A DNA stretch of 64,000 nucleotides, from assembly GCA_963675525.2 (NCBI GenBank), contig CAXXSL010000013.1, positions 224,001-288,000 on the forward strand, in the 5' to 3' direction. Positions 38,177 to 47,508 of this stretch are shown here, one piece after another. Position numbers and translations under genes: made by a program. Under the pieces are notes generated by a model, which worked only from the letters and a program-made list of their open reading frames with translations, was not told where the DNA came from and searched no databases. The stretch's first letter is position 1, and every line of letters starts with the position of its first letter. The stretch comes from Anaerohalosphaeraceae bacterium (GTDB lineage: Bacteria; Planctomycetota; Phycisphaerae; Sedimentisphaerales; Anaerohalosphaeraceae).

Positions 38177-39850
38177 TTATCGCAGTTTAAGCTGTTTGTA
38201 TTTGCCGCGGCGATGGGCGACGCGGTCGGGGTTTTCGGCGAGTACCGTTTCTTCGTACGTCGCGAAGTTGCCCACAAACCACCGGGTTTTGCCATCGCCT
38301 TCAAAAATCAGCAGGTGCGTACAAATGCGGTCGAGGAAAAACCGGTCGTGACTGATGACCATCGCGCTGCCCTGAAAATCAAGAATCGACTGCTCCAGCA
38401 CGCGCATGGTGTTGACATCCAGATCGTTGGTCGGTTCGTCAAGCAAGAGCAGGTTGCCGCCGCGGCGGAGCATTTTGGCCAGATGAATGCGGTTGCGTTC
38501 GCCGCCGGAGCATTCAGATGTTTTTTTCTGCTGCTGGGTCTTGCGGAAATTAAACTTGGCGACATAGGCCCGCGCGTTGACTTCTTTGCCGCCGACGTCG
38601 ATGATGTCCTTGCCGTCGGTAATCTCCTCGAAGATGGTGCGATCGGGGTCAATCGCATCGCGATGCTGGTCCACATAGCCGATGGAGACGGTCGGGCCGA
38701 TATCAATCGTGCCGGAGTCGGGTTTTTCCTGACCGGTCATCATGCGAAACAGCGTGGTCTTGCCGATGCCGTTGGGGCCGATGACGCCGACGATAGCATT
38801 GGGCGGCAATTCGAACGAACACTTGTCAATCAGCAGATTGCCGTCAAAGCCCTTGCTGACATCATGGAACGAAATCGCTTTTTCGCCGAGCCGCTGACCG
38901 GAAGGGATTTGTATCAGCACATCACTGCGGGCCGCTTCGGCGGAACGGGCGGCTAATTCCTCATAGGCATTGATACGCGCCTGGTTTTTCTGGTTTCGGG
39001 CCTTGACGGACGTATTGATCCAGTTCAGCTCACGGGCAAGTGTCTTCTGCCGCTGCGATTCCTGCTTTTCGGTGATGCGCAGGATTTCGGCTTTCTGGGC
39101 CAGCCACGATGAGTAGTTGCCCTCAAACGGCAGGCCGCGGCAATTTTCAAGTTCCAGAATCCACTTGGTGATATTGTCAAGAAAATAGCGGTCGTGCGTG
39201 ACGATGATGACGGTGCCGTGATATTCGCGCAGTGCCTGTTCGAGCCACTGAACGGTTTCGGCATCGAGATGGTTGGTCGGCTCATCGAGCAGCAGCAGGT
39301 CGGGCTTTTCGAGCAGGGCCATGCACAGCGCGACGCGTCGGCGTTCCCCGCCGGAGAGCCGCCCTACCGGCGCATCGTCCGGCGGCAAAACCATTGCGTC
39401 GGAGACGATATCCATCAGGCGGTCGGTTTCCCAACCGTCGCAGGCGTCGATCTTGTCCTGCAGGGTGCCCATTTCCTCGAGCAGTTTATCCATATCGTCG
39501 TCGGGTCCGAGGTCACCCATCTTTTCGGAGATTTCGTTGAAGCGGTCAAGCATGTCCAGCGTGGGCCTGATGGCCATTTTCAGATGGTCGCGGACGGTTT
39601 TATCCAGTTCCAATTCCGGTTCCTGGGCGACGTATTTGATCGTCATTTTGGACGCAAGCTTGGTATCGCCCTGGAAATCTTTATCGATTCCGGCCATGAT
39701 CTTGAGCAGTGTGCTCTTGCCGGAGCCGTTTTCGCCGATGACGCCGATCTTGGCGCCGTAAAAAAACGACAGGGAAATGTCGCGCAGGACATCTTTGTCA
39801 CCGTAACTCTTGCAGACATTGTTCATTTCAAACACAAACTTCGGAGGCAT
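38177..39850 (-). CDS. ettA: Energy-dependent translational throttle protein (ABC-F)
   Basis: ISLSFFYGAKIGVIGENGSGKSTLL, LSGGERRRVAL, LLDEPTNHLDAE, SGGERNRIHLAK, ISHDRFFLDR. Confidence 0.95.
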   Translation of the reverse strand: MPPKFVFEMNNVCKSYGDKDVLRDISLSFFYGAKIGVIGENGSGKSTLLKIMAGIDKDFQGDTKLASKMTIKYVAQEPELELDKTVRDHLKMAIRPTLDMLDRFNEISEKMGDLGPDDDMDKLLEEMGTLQDKIDACDGWETDRLMDIVSDAMVLPPDDAPVGRLSGGERRRVALCMALLEKPDLLLLDEPTNHLDAETVQWLEQALREYHGTVIIVTHDRYFLDNITKWILELENCRGLPFEGNYSSWLAQKAEILRITEKQESQRQKTLARELNWINTSVKARNQKNQARINAYEELAARSAEAARSDVLIQIPSGQRLGEKAISFHDVSKGFDGNLLIDKCSFELPPNAIVGVIGPNGIGKTTLFRMMTGQEKPDSGTIDIGPTVSIGYVDQHRDAIDPDRTIFEEITDGKDIIDVGGKEVNARAYVAKFNFRKTQQQKKTSECSGGERNRIHLAKMLRRGGNLLLLDEPTNDLDVNTMRVLEQSILDFQGSAMVISHDRFFLDRICTHLLIFEGDGKTRWFVGNFATYEETVLAENPDRVAHRRGKYKQLKLR

Positions 39851-39979
39851 CGCTTATTATTCCTTATGATAAGATCGGGCAGAAGAATGTGAATCGCCTC
39901 CGGATCGCTGTCCGGGGTGACATTCCTTCGCTCAGAATGAGATTGCTGATGGCCGGGTTTTGGCCGGGCGACGGGGCGA

Positions 39980-40078
39980 TTATTTATTCTTCTTTTCCTT
40001 TTTCAACTTTTGTTTTTCCTTTTGAGTCAACTTGGGTTGTTTTTTGGCTTCTTTTTTGCCCTTATTTTTTTCGCCCAT
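39980..40078 (-). CDS. 32-aa lysine-rich small protein
   Basis: MGEKNKGKKEAKKQPKLTQKEKQKLKKEKKNK; AAGGAG RBS 8 nt upstream; below the ORF-track size cutoff. Confidence 0.7.
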   Translation of the reverse strand: MGEKNKGKKEAKKQPKLTQKEKQKLKKEKKNK

Positions 40079-40215
40079 ATCTGTTACTCCTTTTTTTTGA
40101 TTACGTTATTACACTGATTATGCCGCCTATATAACACGTTCGGCCTGTTTCTTCAATATTAATCCGCCGGGTGAAAATTAAAACTCCCGAAATGCTCAGC
40201 AGAAAAGCTCTTATT

Positions 40216-40308
40216 CTGTCGCCCCTTCGGGGCTCAATACGAAAAATAATCCCCGCTTTCCGGGGGCTTACTCCGCCCGGCTACTATACTATGACCCCTT
40301 CGGGGTCT
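40216..40308. repeat. REP-like palindrome cluster
   Basis: GCCCCTTCGGGGC; CCGGGGGCTTACTCCGCCCGGCTAC; GACCCCTTCGGGGTC. Confidence 0.7.
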
Positions 40309-40365
40309 GGAAAAAATTGTTTTCTACAGAGCCCTCCGAAAGCCTTGATTCTCGCTTAAACATCT

Positions 40366-40911
40366 TCAACGATACGTATTGTAGCTCAGGATTTCATCGA
40401 GGGGTTTTCTGTTTTTGTGCGGAATCGTATCGTCCGCGGAAAAACCGACGGAAATAATCAGCTCGACCCGCCGGGGCCGGGGGATTGACAGTGTTTTCCT
40501 GACGCCAGTTTCATTGAACCAGCCCAGCATGCAGGTTCCCAGCCCTTCTTCGGCGGCTTGCAGACAAAAATGCTCGGCCGCAATCCCGATATCCATCTGG
40601 CTGAAGTTTTTCCGTTTGACCAGTCCGGCGATTTTAGCAGATGCTTTTTGCCGCTCGGAAACAATTAACACCAGCGCCGGAGCGTTAAAGACAAAGTGAT
40701 TAAACTTCAGGATTCCCTCGAAAGCGGCTTTTGCCAACTTCTTTAGAAGCTCAGGGTCATCTGCAACGATAAACTTCCACGGCTGCGAATTGCACGCTGA
40801 CGGAGCCAGCCGGGCCGCCTCGATACACCGATTCATCGTGTCCTGTGCAACCGGCGTATTTTTGTAATTCCGGACGCTGTATCGTTTATTGGCTAAATCC
40901 AGAAAACTCAT
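40366..40911 (-). CDS. Nitroreductase-family protein
   Basis: RYSVRNY, ARLAPSACNSQPW, DIGIAAEH, GLGTCMLGW. Confidence 0.93.
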   Translation of the reverse strand: MSFLDLANKRYSVRNYKNTPVAQDTMNRCIEAARLAPSACNSQPWKFIVADDPELLKKLAKAAFEGILKFNHFVFNAPALVLIVSERQKASAKIAGLVKRKNFSQMDIGIAAEHFCLQAAEEGLGTCMLGWFNETGVRKTLSIPRPRRVELIISVGFSADDTIPHKNRKPLDEILSYNTYR

Positions 40912-41012
40912 ATCGTATCCCTTTTTGCATTTGGTTGTAATATTATTTTAAGGGTGCATCTAAAACTCTCGGAGCCTTTAATTGTTCCTTCGGTAGCTGC
41001 CACCGGCTGGAA

Positions 41013-41531
41013 TTAGTTTTCCATATCTAAATACTTAATCAAGGTATCTATTGATTTTGCTATCTTACGAACATGATCATTTTCATGGTTATTGATTAAA
41101 TCTAGGAACTGCATACAATCTTCCGGTTCAATCATGTTTATATATAACAATTGATCAATAATTTCGACACAACAGTTCTGAACACCCTCGTCAGGGTATT
41201 CGATGAATTCTTGAATCCAAGGTAAAACTCGTCGGTCAGAAATATATTTAAGTAAATACACAGCATTTCTTTTGTCTTCAATAGATTTACTATTTGTAAA
41301 AATCTCATAACAACGGTGAATTGCAGATGAAGGTTTCAGCATCATAAGCACACATCGTGCCAATTCACAACCTGGCTCATATGAAATATAATAATCGACT
41401 GCACCTCGAAGATTGTCTTCACCTAAAAGAATCTCCAATGCTTTTTTTGCATCATTTAAGCTTGCTCTCTCCCCATCCTCACCAAAAAGTTTTAAACTTT
41501 CTGCAATTTCTTCCCAGTTAAATGTTTTCAT
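41013..41531 (-). CDS. AT-rich HEAT-repeat-like hypothetical protein
   Basis: 172 aa, helical, EYPDEGVQ and NHENDHVR HEAT-like motifs; visibly lower GC than neighbours. Confidence 0.6.
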   Translation of the reverse strand: MKTFNWEEIAESLKLFGEDGERASLNDAKKALEILLGEDNLRGAVDYYISYEPGCELARCVLMMLKPSSAIHRCYEIFTNSKSIEDKRNAVYLLKYISDRRVLPWIQEFIEYPDEGVQNCCVEIIDQLLYINMIEPEDCMQFLDLINNHENDHVRKIAKSIDTLIKYLDMEN

Positions 41532-41939
41532 TTTTCCAGTCCCGTTTCGATTTTTACAAAGTTATTGTCGACGGGTGGCAGCCACTGAATCCGACAGGAT
41601 GAAGTGAATGGTTCCGTCTTTTCTTTGCATATCCTTTCACTCACTTCGCTTAGATTAAAATGTATTCGGCGGATGTGCAAGCGACCTTTTCCATAGCTTG
41701 CTATTATAACCAAAATCGACAACCCGGCAAGCACAATCCCACTCTCAGTGGCATCAGCAGGTATCACGTCGGCGTCTGGATGCCGGATCGAGTCCGGCAT
41801 GACATGGCGCCTGCTGCGCAGGCTCTGGGAGGGAGTGGATATCGATCTAATCCCACGGGCTCGCACCCGGGGCTGTTATGAGGCCATCTTACAAGTCTTA
41901 TATTTTAAAACCAACAATTTTTTTGTTTTTTACTTCATA

Positions 41940-42110
41940 TCGATATTCCTTGTCTTTCAAGATTGATCGCTCAGTCTGTTATTCGTGCTCGAAGCACACG
42001 TTAATCGATTCGTTCTTCCTGAGGTGCCGCCAACAATCTACAATCGTGTTCAAGACACAAGCCTCGGGCCGTGGTCGGCACGTCGTGGTGAGCTTCAATC
42101 CATTCGTATA
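41940..42110 (-). ncRNA. Putative bridge/seek RNA of the IS1111-type element
   Basis: Two parallel stem-loops whose loop segments match the target and donor junctions; boundaries approximate. Confidence 0.7.
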
Positions 42111-42114
42111 CTGT

Positions 42115-43197
42115 TTAAGCTTTTTCCGCCCGATAGGGTTCATTTTTTATCAACATGCGCCACAGATGCACGGTCAGTTTTCGAGCCACCGCAGTGATCG
42201 CTTTCTGTTTGATACCCCCATTGCTGTGACAAATCCGCCAAAAGTATTGTTTGGCCTTAACATCAACGGCAACCCACTGCCATGCGGCTTGAATGAGTGT
42301 GCAACGAAGGGACGGCTTCCCGTCCCGATTGATGGGGCCGGATGTACTTTTTGAACCGCTTTGATGGATCGTCGGGGCCAATCCGACATATTTGACCACT
42401 TGGCAGGATGTCTCAAAATGGTCATAGTGGAACACTTCCGTAACAAACTGTCGTGCTGTCACCGGTCCGATGCCGGGATGTGTTTGAAGTAATGCAATCC
42501 GCTGGCCGGTTGGTGTTGACCCCATCCTTTCGTCCAGGAGACGCTCAAGCACCGTCAGTCTGTCAGAATGGTAGTCCAGGTCGCTGAGTAACGCGTCCAG
42601 TGACAAACGTAATGGCTTTGGCAGCCGCAAGGCTCGGAGGGCGTCGATGCTTTTACCAGACCAATATTTGAGCCCTTCCGGTTCCGTCAGCCCGTGTTGT
42701 AATAAAAATGACTTGATTTGAGTTTTGACACAGGCTCCGTTTTTTCGTTGACGATGCCGCATCCGGCACAACTGTCGGTCCCCCTCCTGCTGGACCGAAG
42801 GAATGGTCACCGGTTTGAGGAGCCCCTTGGCCAGATAACACGCCAGTTTTTTACTGTCCAGGCGATCTGTCTTGTCCTCTTTGGCGGCCGGCCGGGGCGT
42901 TTTAGAGGTGGCCGCAATAGTCACGGGCAGATGGTGTTTTTGTAAGGTGCGAGCCAATGAATAGCCCGTGGGCCCGGCTTCGTAAACAATCTCTTTGATG
43001 GCGTGCTGGACCGGTTTGAGCTGTTCAATAAGTTGATTGGGATTCGACGGCATGACAAAATCAAGAGCGGGGGTGTCGTTTAAGTGCAGCGCGACATGAT
43101 ACGTTTCCTTATGGGTGTCAATACCAATAAACAATGCATCGTTACGGGTTAAACGGATAGTGTTGAAAAATGTCTGTACCTTTGATAGACTACGCAT
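42115..43197 (-). CDS. IS110-family transposase/recombinase, full length
   Basis: IGIDTHK, VYEAG, KTDRLDS (DEDD); HPGIGPVTA, VGLAPTIHQSG, AVARKL; AAAGGA RBS before the ATG at 43197. Confidence 0.95.
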   Translation of the reverse strand: MRSLSKVQTFFNTIRLTRNDALFIGIDTHKETYHVALHLNDTPALDFVMPSNPNQLIEQLKPVQHAIKEIVYEAGPTGYSLARTLQKHHLPVTIAATSKTPRPAAKEDKTDRLDSKKLACYLAKGLLKPVTIPSVQQEGDRQLCRMRHRQRKNGACVKTQIKSFLLQHGLTEPEGLKYWSGKSIDALRALRLPKPLRLSLDALLSDLDYHSDRLTVLERLLDERMGSTPTGQRIALLQTHPGIGPVTARQFVTEVFHYDHFETSCQVVKYVGLAPTIHQSGSKSTSGPINRDGKPSLRCTLIQAAWQWVAVDVKAKQYFWRICHSNGGIKQKAITAVARKLTVHLWRMLIKNEPYRAEKA

Positions 43198-43314
43198 GGG
43201 CCATCCTTTCGATAATGGTTCCGGTTTAGGGTTCAAAAACCATTATAAGAACTTTTGGATGGCCTACATATTATCTACAACATTTCGCCTCTTGCAGAGG
43301 CTCAAGAGAAATTT

Positions 43315-43336
43315 GGTGGGCATGACACGCCCTACG
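43315..43336. repeat. GTAG-type REP-like element
   Basis: Minus strand reads CGTAGGGCGTGTCATGCCCACC. Confidence 0.6.
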
Positions 43337-43337
43337 T

Positions 43338-44268
43338 TTATTTATTGAGCAGCTTCAGGGTTTGCTGAAGTATGGTTTCGAGGGTGTCGGAATCGGTGAT
43401 GTCGAGCCAGTTGACGTTGCGGAAGGTTTTGAACCAGGTTCTTTGGCTTTTGGCGAAGCGGCGGGTGTTTATTTTTATTTTTTCGATGGTTTCGTCCAAT
43501 TCCATTTCGCCGTTTAAGTGGGCGATCATTTCGGCGTAGCCGATGGCGGCGGCGGCCTGTTTGCTGAGGGGTTTTTCTTCGGCCAGCAGTGCGGCGACTT
43601 CATCGCGCAGGCCGTCATCCATCATGCGTTTGACGCGGGCGTTCATGCGGGTGTTCTCAATCTCCTTTTCCCTTCGCAGGCCGATGACGAACCAATCGGA
43701 GGCGGGCGCGTCGTCCCACTGGGTTTGAAACGTGCTGATGGGCTTTGCCGGTCAGCTCGAAAACCTCCAATGCGCGGATGATGCGTTTTTCATCGTTGGG
43801 ATGGATGCGCTCTCCGGCCTCGGGGTCAATCGCAACAAGCCGTTTGTGCAGCTCGGCGAACCCTTCGGTGTCGCCGCGGGCTTTAAGGCGGGTACGAATC
43901 GTCTCATCCGAACCCGGCCCCTCAAACAAACCGTGCAGCAGCGCCTTGATATACATCGCGGTTCCGCCAACGGCGACAACCGGCTTGTTTCGACTTTGGA
44001 TATCCGCAACCGCCCTCTCGGTCAAATCCAGAAACTGGTCGACACTGAAAGCTTCGCTTGGCTCGACGACGTCAATCATGTGATATTTCATAACCTGCCG
44101 CTTTTGGCGCGGCGGCTTGGCAGTTCCGACATCCATTCGGCGATAAACCTTCATGGAATCGACACTTATGATCTCAGCATCAAGGGTTTTTGCCAATTCA
44201 AAGGCGAGGGAACTTTTGCCGGAGGCGGTGACGCCGAGAATCAGGATTTTTGGCTTTTTTAAGGTCAT
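43338..44268 (-). pseudogene. miaA: tRNA dimethylallyltransferase with a single +1 frameshift (possibly a sequencing error)
   Basis: GVTASGKS, ISVDSMKVYRRMDVGTAKP, VGGTAMY, RIIRALEV in the first frame; AIGYAE and TRRFAKSQRTWF in the second; break near 43744. Confidence 0.9.
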
Positions 44269-44456
44269 TTTAATGTTTTTAGTTATTTTTAAGGCTTTTT
44301 ATCGGTCAGAACAAAGTTTTTACTCCGCCAAATACTGATGTCTCAGCCTTCACAACAAATGATGCGCCACTGCCACGGAAAAATTGTTTTTTTCTGTAAT
44401 ATCCTAACAAAAGAGGTATAATATCAGGGCTTTCTCAAAAAATCCAGAGGCGGTTT

Positions 44457-45380
44457 ATGACAATGGAAACAGACGCCATAAAAAATGACAAACAACAGGA
44501 CGGCTTGAAGTCGGCTTTGGCAGTCAAAGCGGCGATAACGGGTCAGGTTCTCGAAGAACTGCTCGACGACCAAACGGAAATTCCACAGCAGCTTAAAGCG
44601 GCGATGAGCTATATGCTGCAAAGCGGCGGCAAGCGCATCCGTTCGGCGATGGTGTTGTGGTGCTGCGAACTGATCGGCGGCAGCGTAAACCGCGCGGCCA
44701 AGATCGCTGCGGCCGCGGTAGAGATGGTGCACACGTACTCGCTGATCCATGATGACCTGCCCGCAATGGATAACGACGATATGCGGCGCGGTAAGCCCAG
44801 TTGTCATAAGCAGTTTGACGAAGCAACGGCGATCTTAGCCGGCGATGCCCTGCTGACGCTGGCGTTTGAGATATTGACAACCGAGATTGACGATCCGGCT
44901 GTTGCGGTACGCATGGTTCGCACCTTGTCGGAAGCGGCCGGCCCGTCGGGGATGATCGCCGGACAGGTGGCAGACATGAACAGTCCGCACGCCAACGGAT
45001 CACTGGAACGGCTTCAGTATATTCACATGAACAAAACCGCCGAAATGTTCGCAGCATCAACCGCAATGGGGGCTATCGCGGGCGGTGCTACCGATAAACA
45101 ACTGCAATCACTTTTGGAATACGGCATGAAGATCGGGCTGGGTTTCCAGATCGCCGATGATCTGCTGGACATTACAGCCAGTACGGAACAGCTCGGCAAA
45201 ACCCCCGGCAAAGACATCGAACAAGGAAAACTGACCTATCCGGCCCTCATCGGTGAAGAAAAATCCCGACACATCCTTGAGCAGGTCACTTGCGAGGCGG
45301 TTGCCGCGTTGGGACATTTCGGGAAAATGGCTGACATTCTTCGTCAATTGGCGATGGAACTGCTGAATCGCACAAAATAA
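44457..45380 (+). CDS. ispA: Polyprenyl (farnesyl/geranylgeranyl) diphosphate synthase
   Basis: GGKRIR, YSLIHDDLPAMDNDDMRRGKP, FQIADDLLD. Confidence 0.93.
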   Translation: MTMETDAIKNDKQQDGLKSALAVKAAITGQVLEELLDDQTEIPQQLKAAMSYMLQSGGKRIRSAMVLWCCELIGGSVNRAAKIAAAAVEMVHTYSLIHDDLPAMDNDDMRRGKPSCHKQFDEATAILAGDALLTLAFEILTTEIDDPAVAVRMVRTLSEAAGPSGMIAGQVADMNSPHANGSLERLQYIHMNKTAEMFAASTAMGAIAGGATDKQLQSLLEYGMKIGLGFQIADDLLDITASTEQLGKTPGKDIEQGKLTYPALIGEEKSRHILEQVTCEAVAALGHFGKMADILRQLAMELLNRTK

Positions 45381-45562
45381 CCCCTTCTATATAGAGATCA
45401 TTCCGGAGGTTCTTAGTATATAGATTCCCGCCTTAGCAAAAATGACAACCTTATTTATCACAGGGTGCTTTTTATTTGAACGGATGTTTGAAAACACTTC
45501 TCAAACCGGTTAAAATAGTATGTTTGAGTATAATATGAACTGAGTCTTGATTTTGAGGTGTC

Positions 45563-47497
45563 ATGGGCAAACTACTTGACAACATTAATAACCCAAAAGA
45601 CTTACAGGATTTTTCTGTAGAGCAACTCAATCAGCTTGCCGATGAAATGCGCGAGTTTATTACACATTCGGTCAGTCAGACCGGCGGGCATCTGGCCAGT
45701 AACCTCGGCGTTGTTGATCTAACCCTGGCAATGCATCGCGCGTTTGATTTCAGCAAGGACCGGCTGTTGTGGGATGTGGGGCATCAGTGCTATGCGCATA
45801 AAATCCTGACCGGCCGTAAAGCGATGTTTGACGGTCTTCGACAGGAAGACGGACTGAGCGGATTTCCAAACCCGGCCGAAAACGAGTGCGATGTCTTCAG
45901 CGTCGGCCATGCGGGCACGTCGATCTCGACGGCACTGGGCATGGCACTGGGTGCGCAGCATCGCGGCAGTGACGAGAAGATCGTCGCGCTGGTCGGCGAT
46001 GCGAGCATTGTCAACGGCCTGTCGTTTGAGGCATTGAATAATCTGGGGCTGGTCAAGCGTCAACTGCTGATCGTACTGAATGACAATTCGATGGCGATCG
46101 ATGTCACCCAGGGGGCGATGGCGAAATATCTCTCGAAAGTACGACTCAGTCATACCTACGAAGATATTCGACTGACGACGAACCGTATTTTGGAACACCT
46201 GCCGCTGATCGGCAAACGGATGGAAGAAGCCGTCGAAAATTTCAAACGAACCCTGCGTATGGCGATCACGCCCAGCCGGCTGTTTGAAAGTCTGAATATC
46301 CCCTACTTTGGGCCGGTTGACGGTCACGATATTAAATCGCTGATCGATCTGTTTGAGGCGATCAGCCATTTGCATACCCCGGCTATCCTGCATGTTTACA
46401 CCAAAAAGGGGAAAGGGTACGATCCGGCCGATGACAATCCGCGAAAGTATCACAGCACCGGCCCGTTCGAGATCAACGGCAGCAATGATCCCAAGAAAAA
46501 GGGGCGCAGTTTTACCCAGGTCTTTGGTGATGCGATCGTGAAGATCGGCGAGAGAAATGATAATGTCGTAGCCATCACGGCGGCGATGTCGGACGGCACG
46601 GGGCTGGTTCAGTTTCGTGAAAAATTCAAATCCCGCTTTTACGACGTCGGTATCGCCGAAAGCGTCGCGGTGGATATCGCCGCCGGGATGGCCAAGCAGG
46701 GACTTCGGCCGGTTGTTTGCATTTATTCCACGTTTTTGCAGCGGAGTTTCGATCAGATCTTCCAGGAAGTATCGCAGCAAAACCTCCCCGTTACCTTCTG
46801 CATAGACCGTGCGGGCGTTGTGGGGGATGACGGCCCGACACATCATGGTCTGATGGATATCGGAACCCTGCGGATGCTGCCGAACTTTGCGATTGCCGCG
46901 CCGGCGGACGAATATGAAATGAACCAGGCACTGAGCCTTGCGGTTAACGGCAATCAACCCTTTGCGATCCGCTACCCGCGTGATACGGTCCCGCTGATCG
47001 AGGACAATACAACACCGTATGCATTGGGTAGATCGGCGGTCATCCGTAAAGGCGATTCGGAATTTGTCATTGTAACGATCGGTCCGATTCTCAGCGAAGC
47101 AATTGAGGCGGCCAAAATGCTGGATCAAGAAGGTATTTCGGTTACCGTGGTCAATGCGCGATTCGCAAAACCGATTGACCCGGCAATCATTGATTACTTT
47201 AAAAATGGAAAAACGCTCATACTCGCAGAAGATGCCAGTGTGACGGGCGGGTTCGGTTCGGCGGTCATTGAAAAAGCTCTTGAAACAGCCCGAGCCCAAG
47301 ACGCCCCGATGATGCATGACAGTCTCGGCAAAACCGTTTTGCTGGGCGGGCCGGACTCCTTTATCCGGCCGGCCAAACGCAGCCGGCAGCTGGAATGGAT
47401 GGGCATTGGTGCGGCTCAAATCGCCGAAACCATTAAAAACATAAATTTCCAGCCCGAAAGTGCCGATATTCAGGGAAAGCGATCGGGTACTCTCTAA
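45563..47497 (+). CDS. dxs: 1-deoxy-D-xylulose-5-phosphate synthase
   Basis: GGHLASNLG, WDVGHQCYAHKILTGR, YFGPVDGHD, DRAGVVGDDGPTHHG. Confidence 0.97.
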   Translation: MGKLLDNINNPKDLQDFSVEQLNQLADEMREFITHSVSQTGGHLASNLGVVDLTLAMHRAFDFSKDRLLWDVGHQCYAHKILTGRKAMFDGLRQEDGLSGFPNPAENECDVFSVGHAGTSISTALGMALGAQHRGSDEKIVALVGDASIVNGLSFEALNNLGLVKRQLLIVLNDNSMAIDVTQGAMAKYLSKVRLSHTYEDIRLTTNRILEHLPLIGKRMEEAVENFKRTLRMAITPSRLFESLNIPYFGPVDGHDIKSLIDLFEAISHLHTPAILHVYTKKGKGYDPADDNPRKYHSTGPFEINGSNDPKKKGRSFTQVFGDAIVKIGERNDNVVAITAAMSDGTGLVQFREKFKSRFYDVGIAESVAVDIAAGMAKQGLRPVVCIYSTFLQRSFDQIFQEVSQQNLPVTFCIDRAGVVGDDGPTHHGLMDIGTLRMLPNFAIAAPADEYEMNQALSLAVNGNQPFAIRYPRDTVPLIEDNTTPYALGRSAVIRKGDSEFVIVTIGPILSEAIEAAKMLDQEGISVTVVNARFAKPIDPAIIDYFKNGKTLILAEDASVTGGFGSAVIEKALETARAQDAPMMHDSLGKTVLLGGPDSFIRPAKRSRQLEWMGIGAAQIAETIKNINFQPESADIQGKRSGTL

Positions 47498-47508
47498 GCG
47501 AGGAATCG

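Larger units (their letters stand above)
41875..43276 (-). mobile_element. IS110-family, IS1111-subgroup insertion sequence
   Basis: Sub-terminal inverted repeats ATG(T)AGGCCATC at 41878-41888 and 43258-43269; CT core at 41873-41874 and 43275-43276; long 3' non-coding region. Confidence 0.85.

Noticed and set aside
39889..40134. 81-aa Phe-rich ORF
   Set aside because: Antisense reflection of the lysine-rich small gene
45719..47419. 566-aa antisense ORF
   Set aside because: Shadow of dxs on the opposite strand
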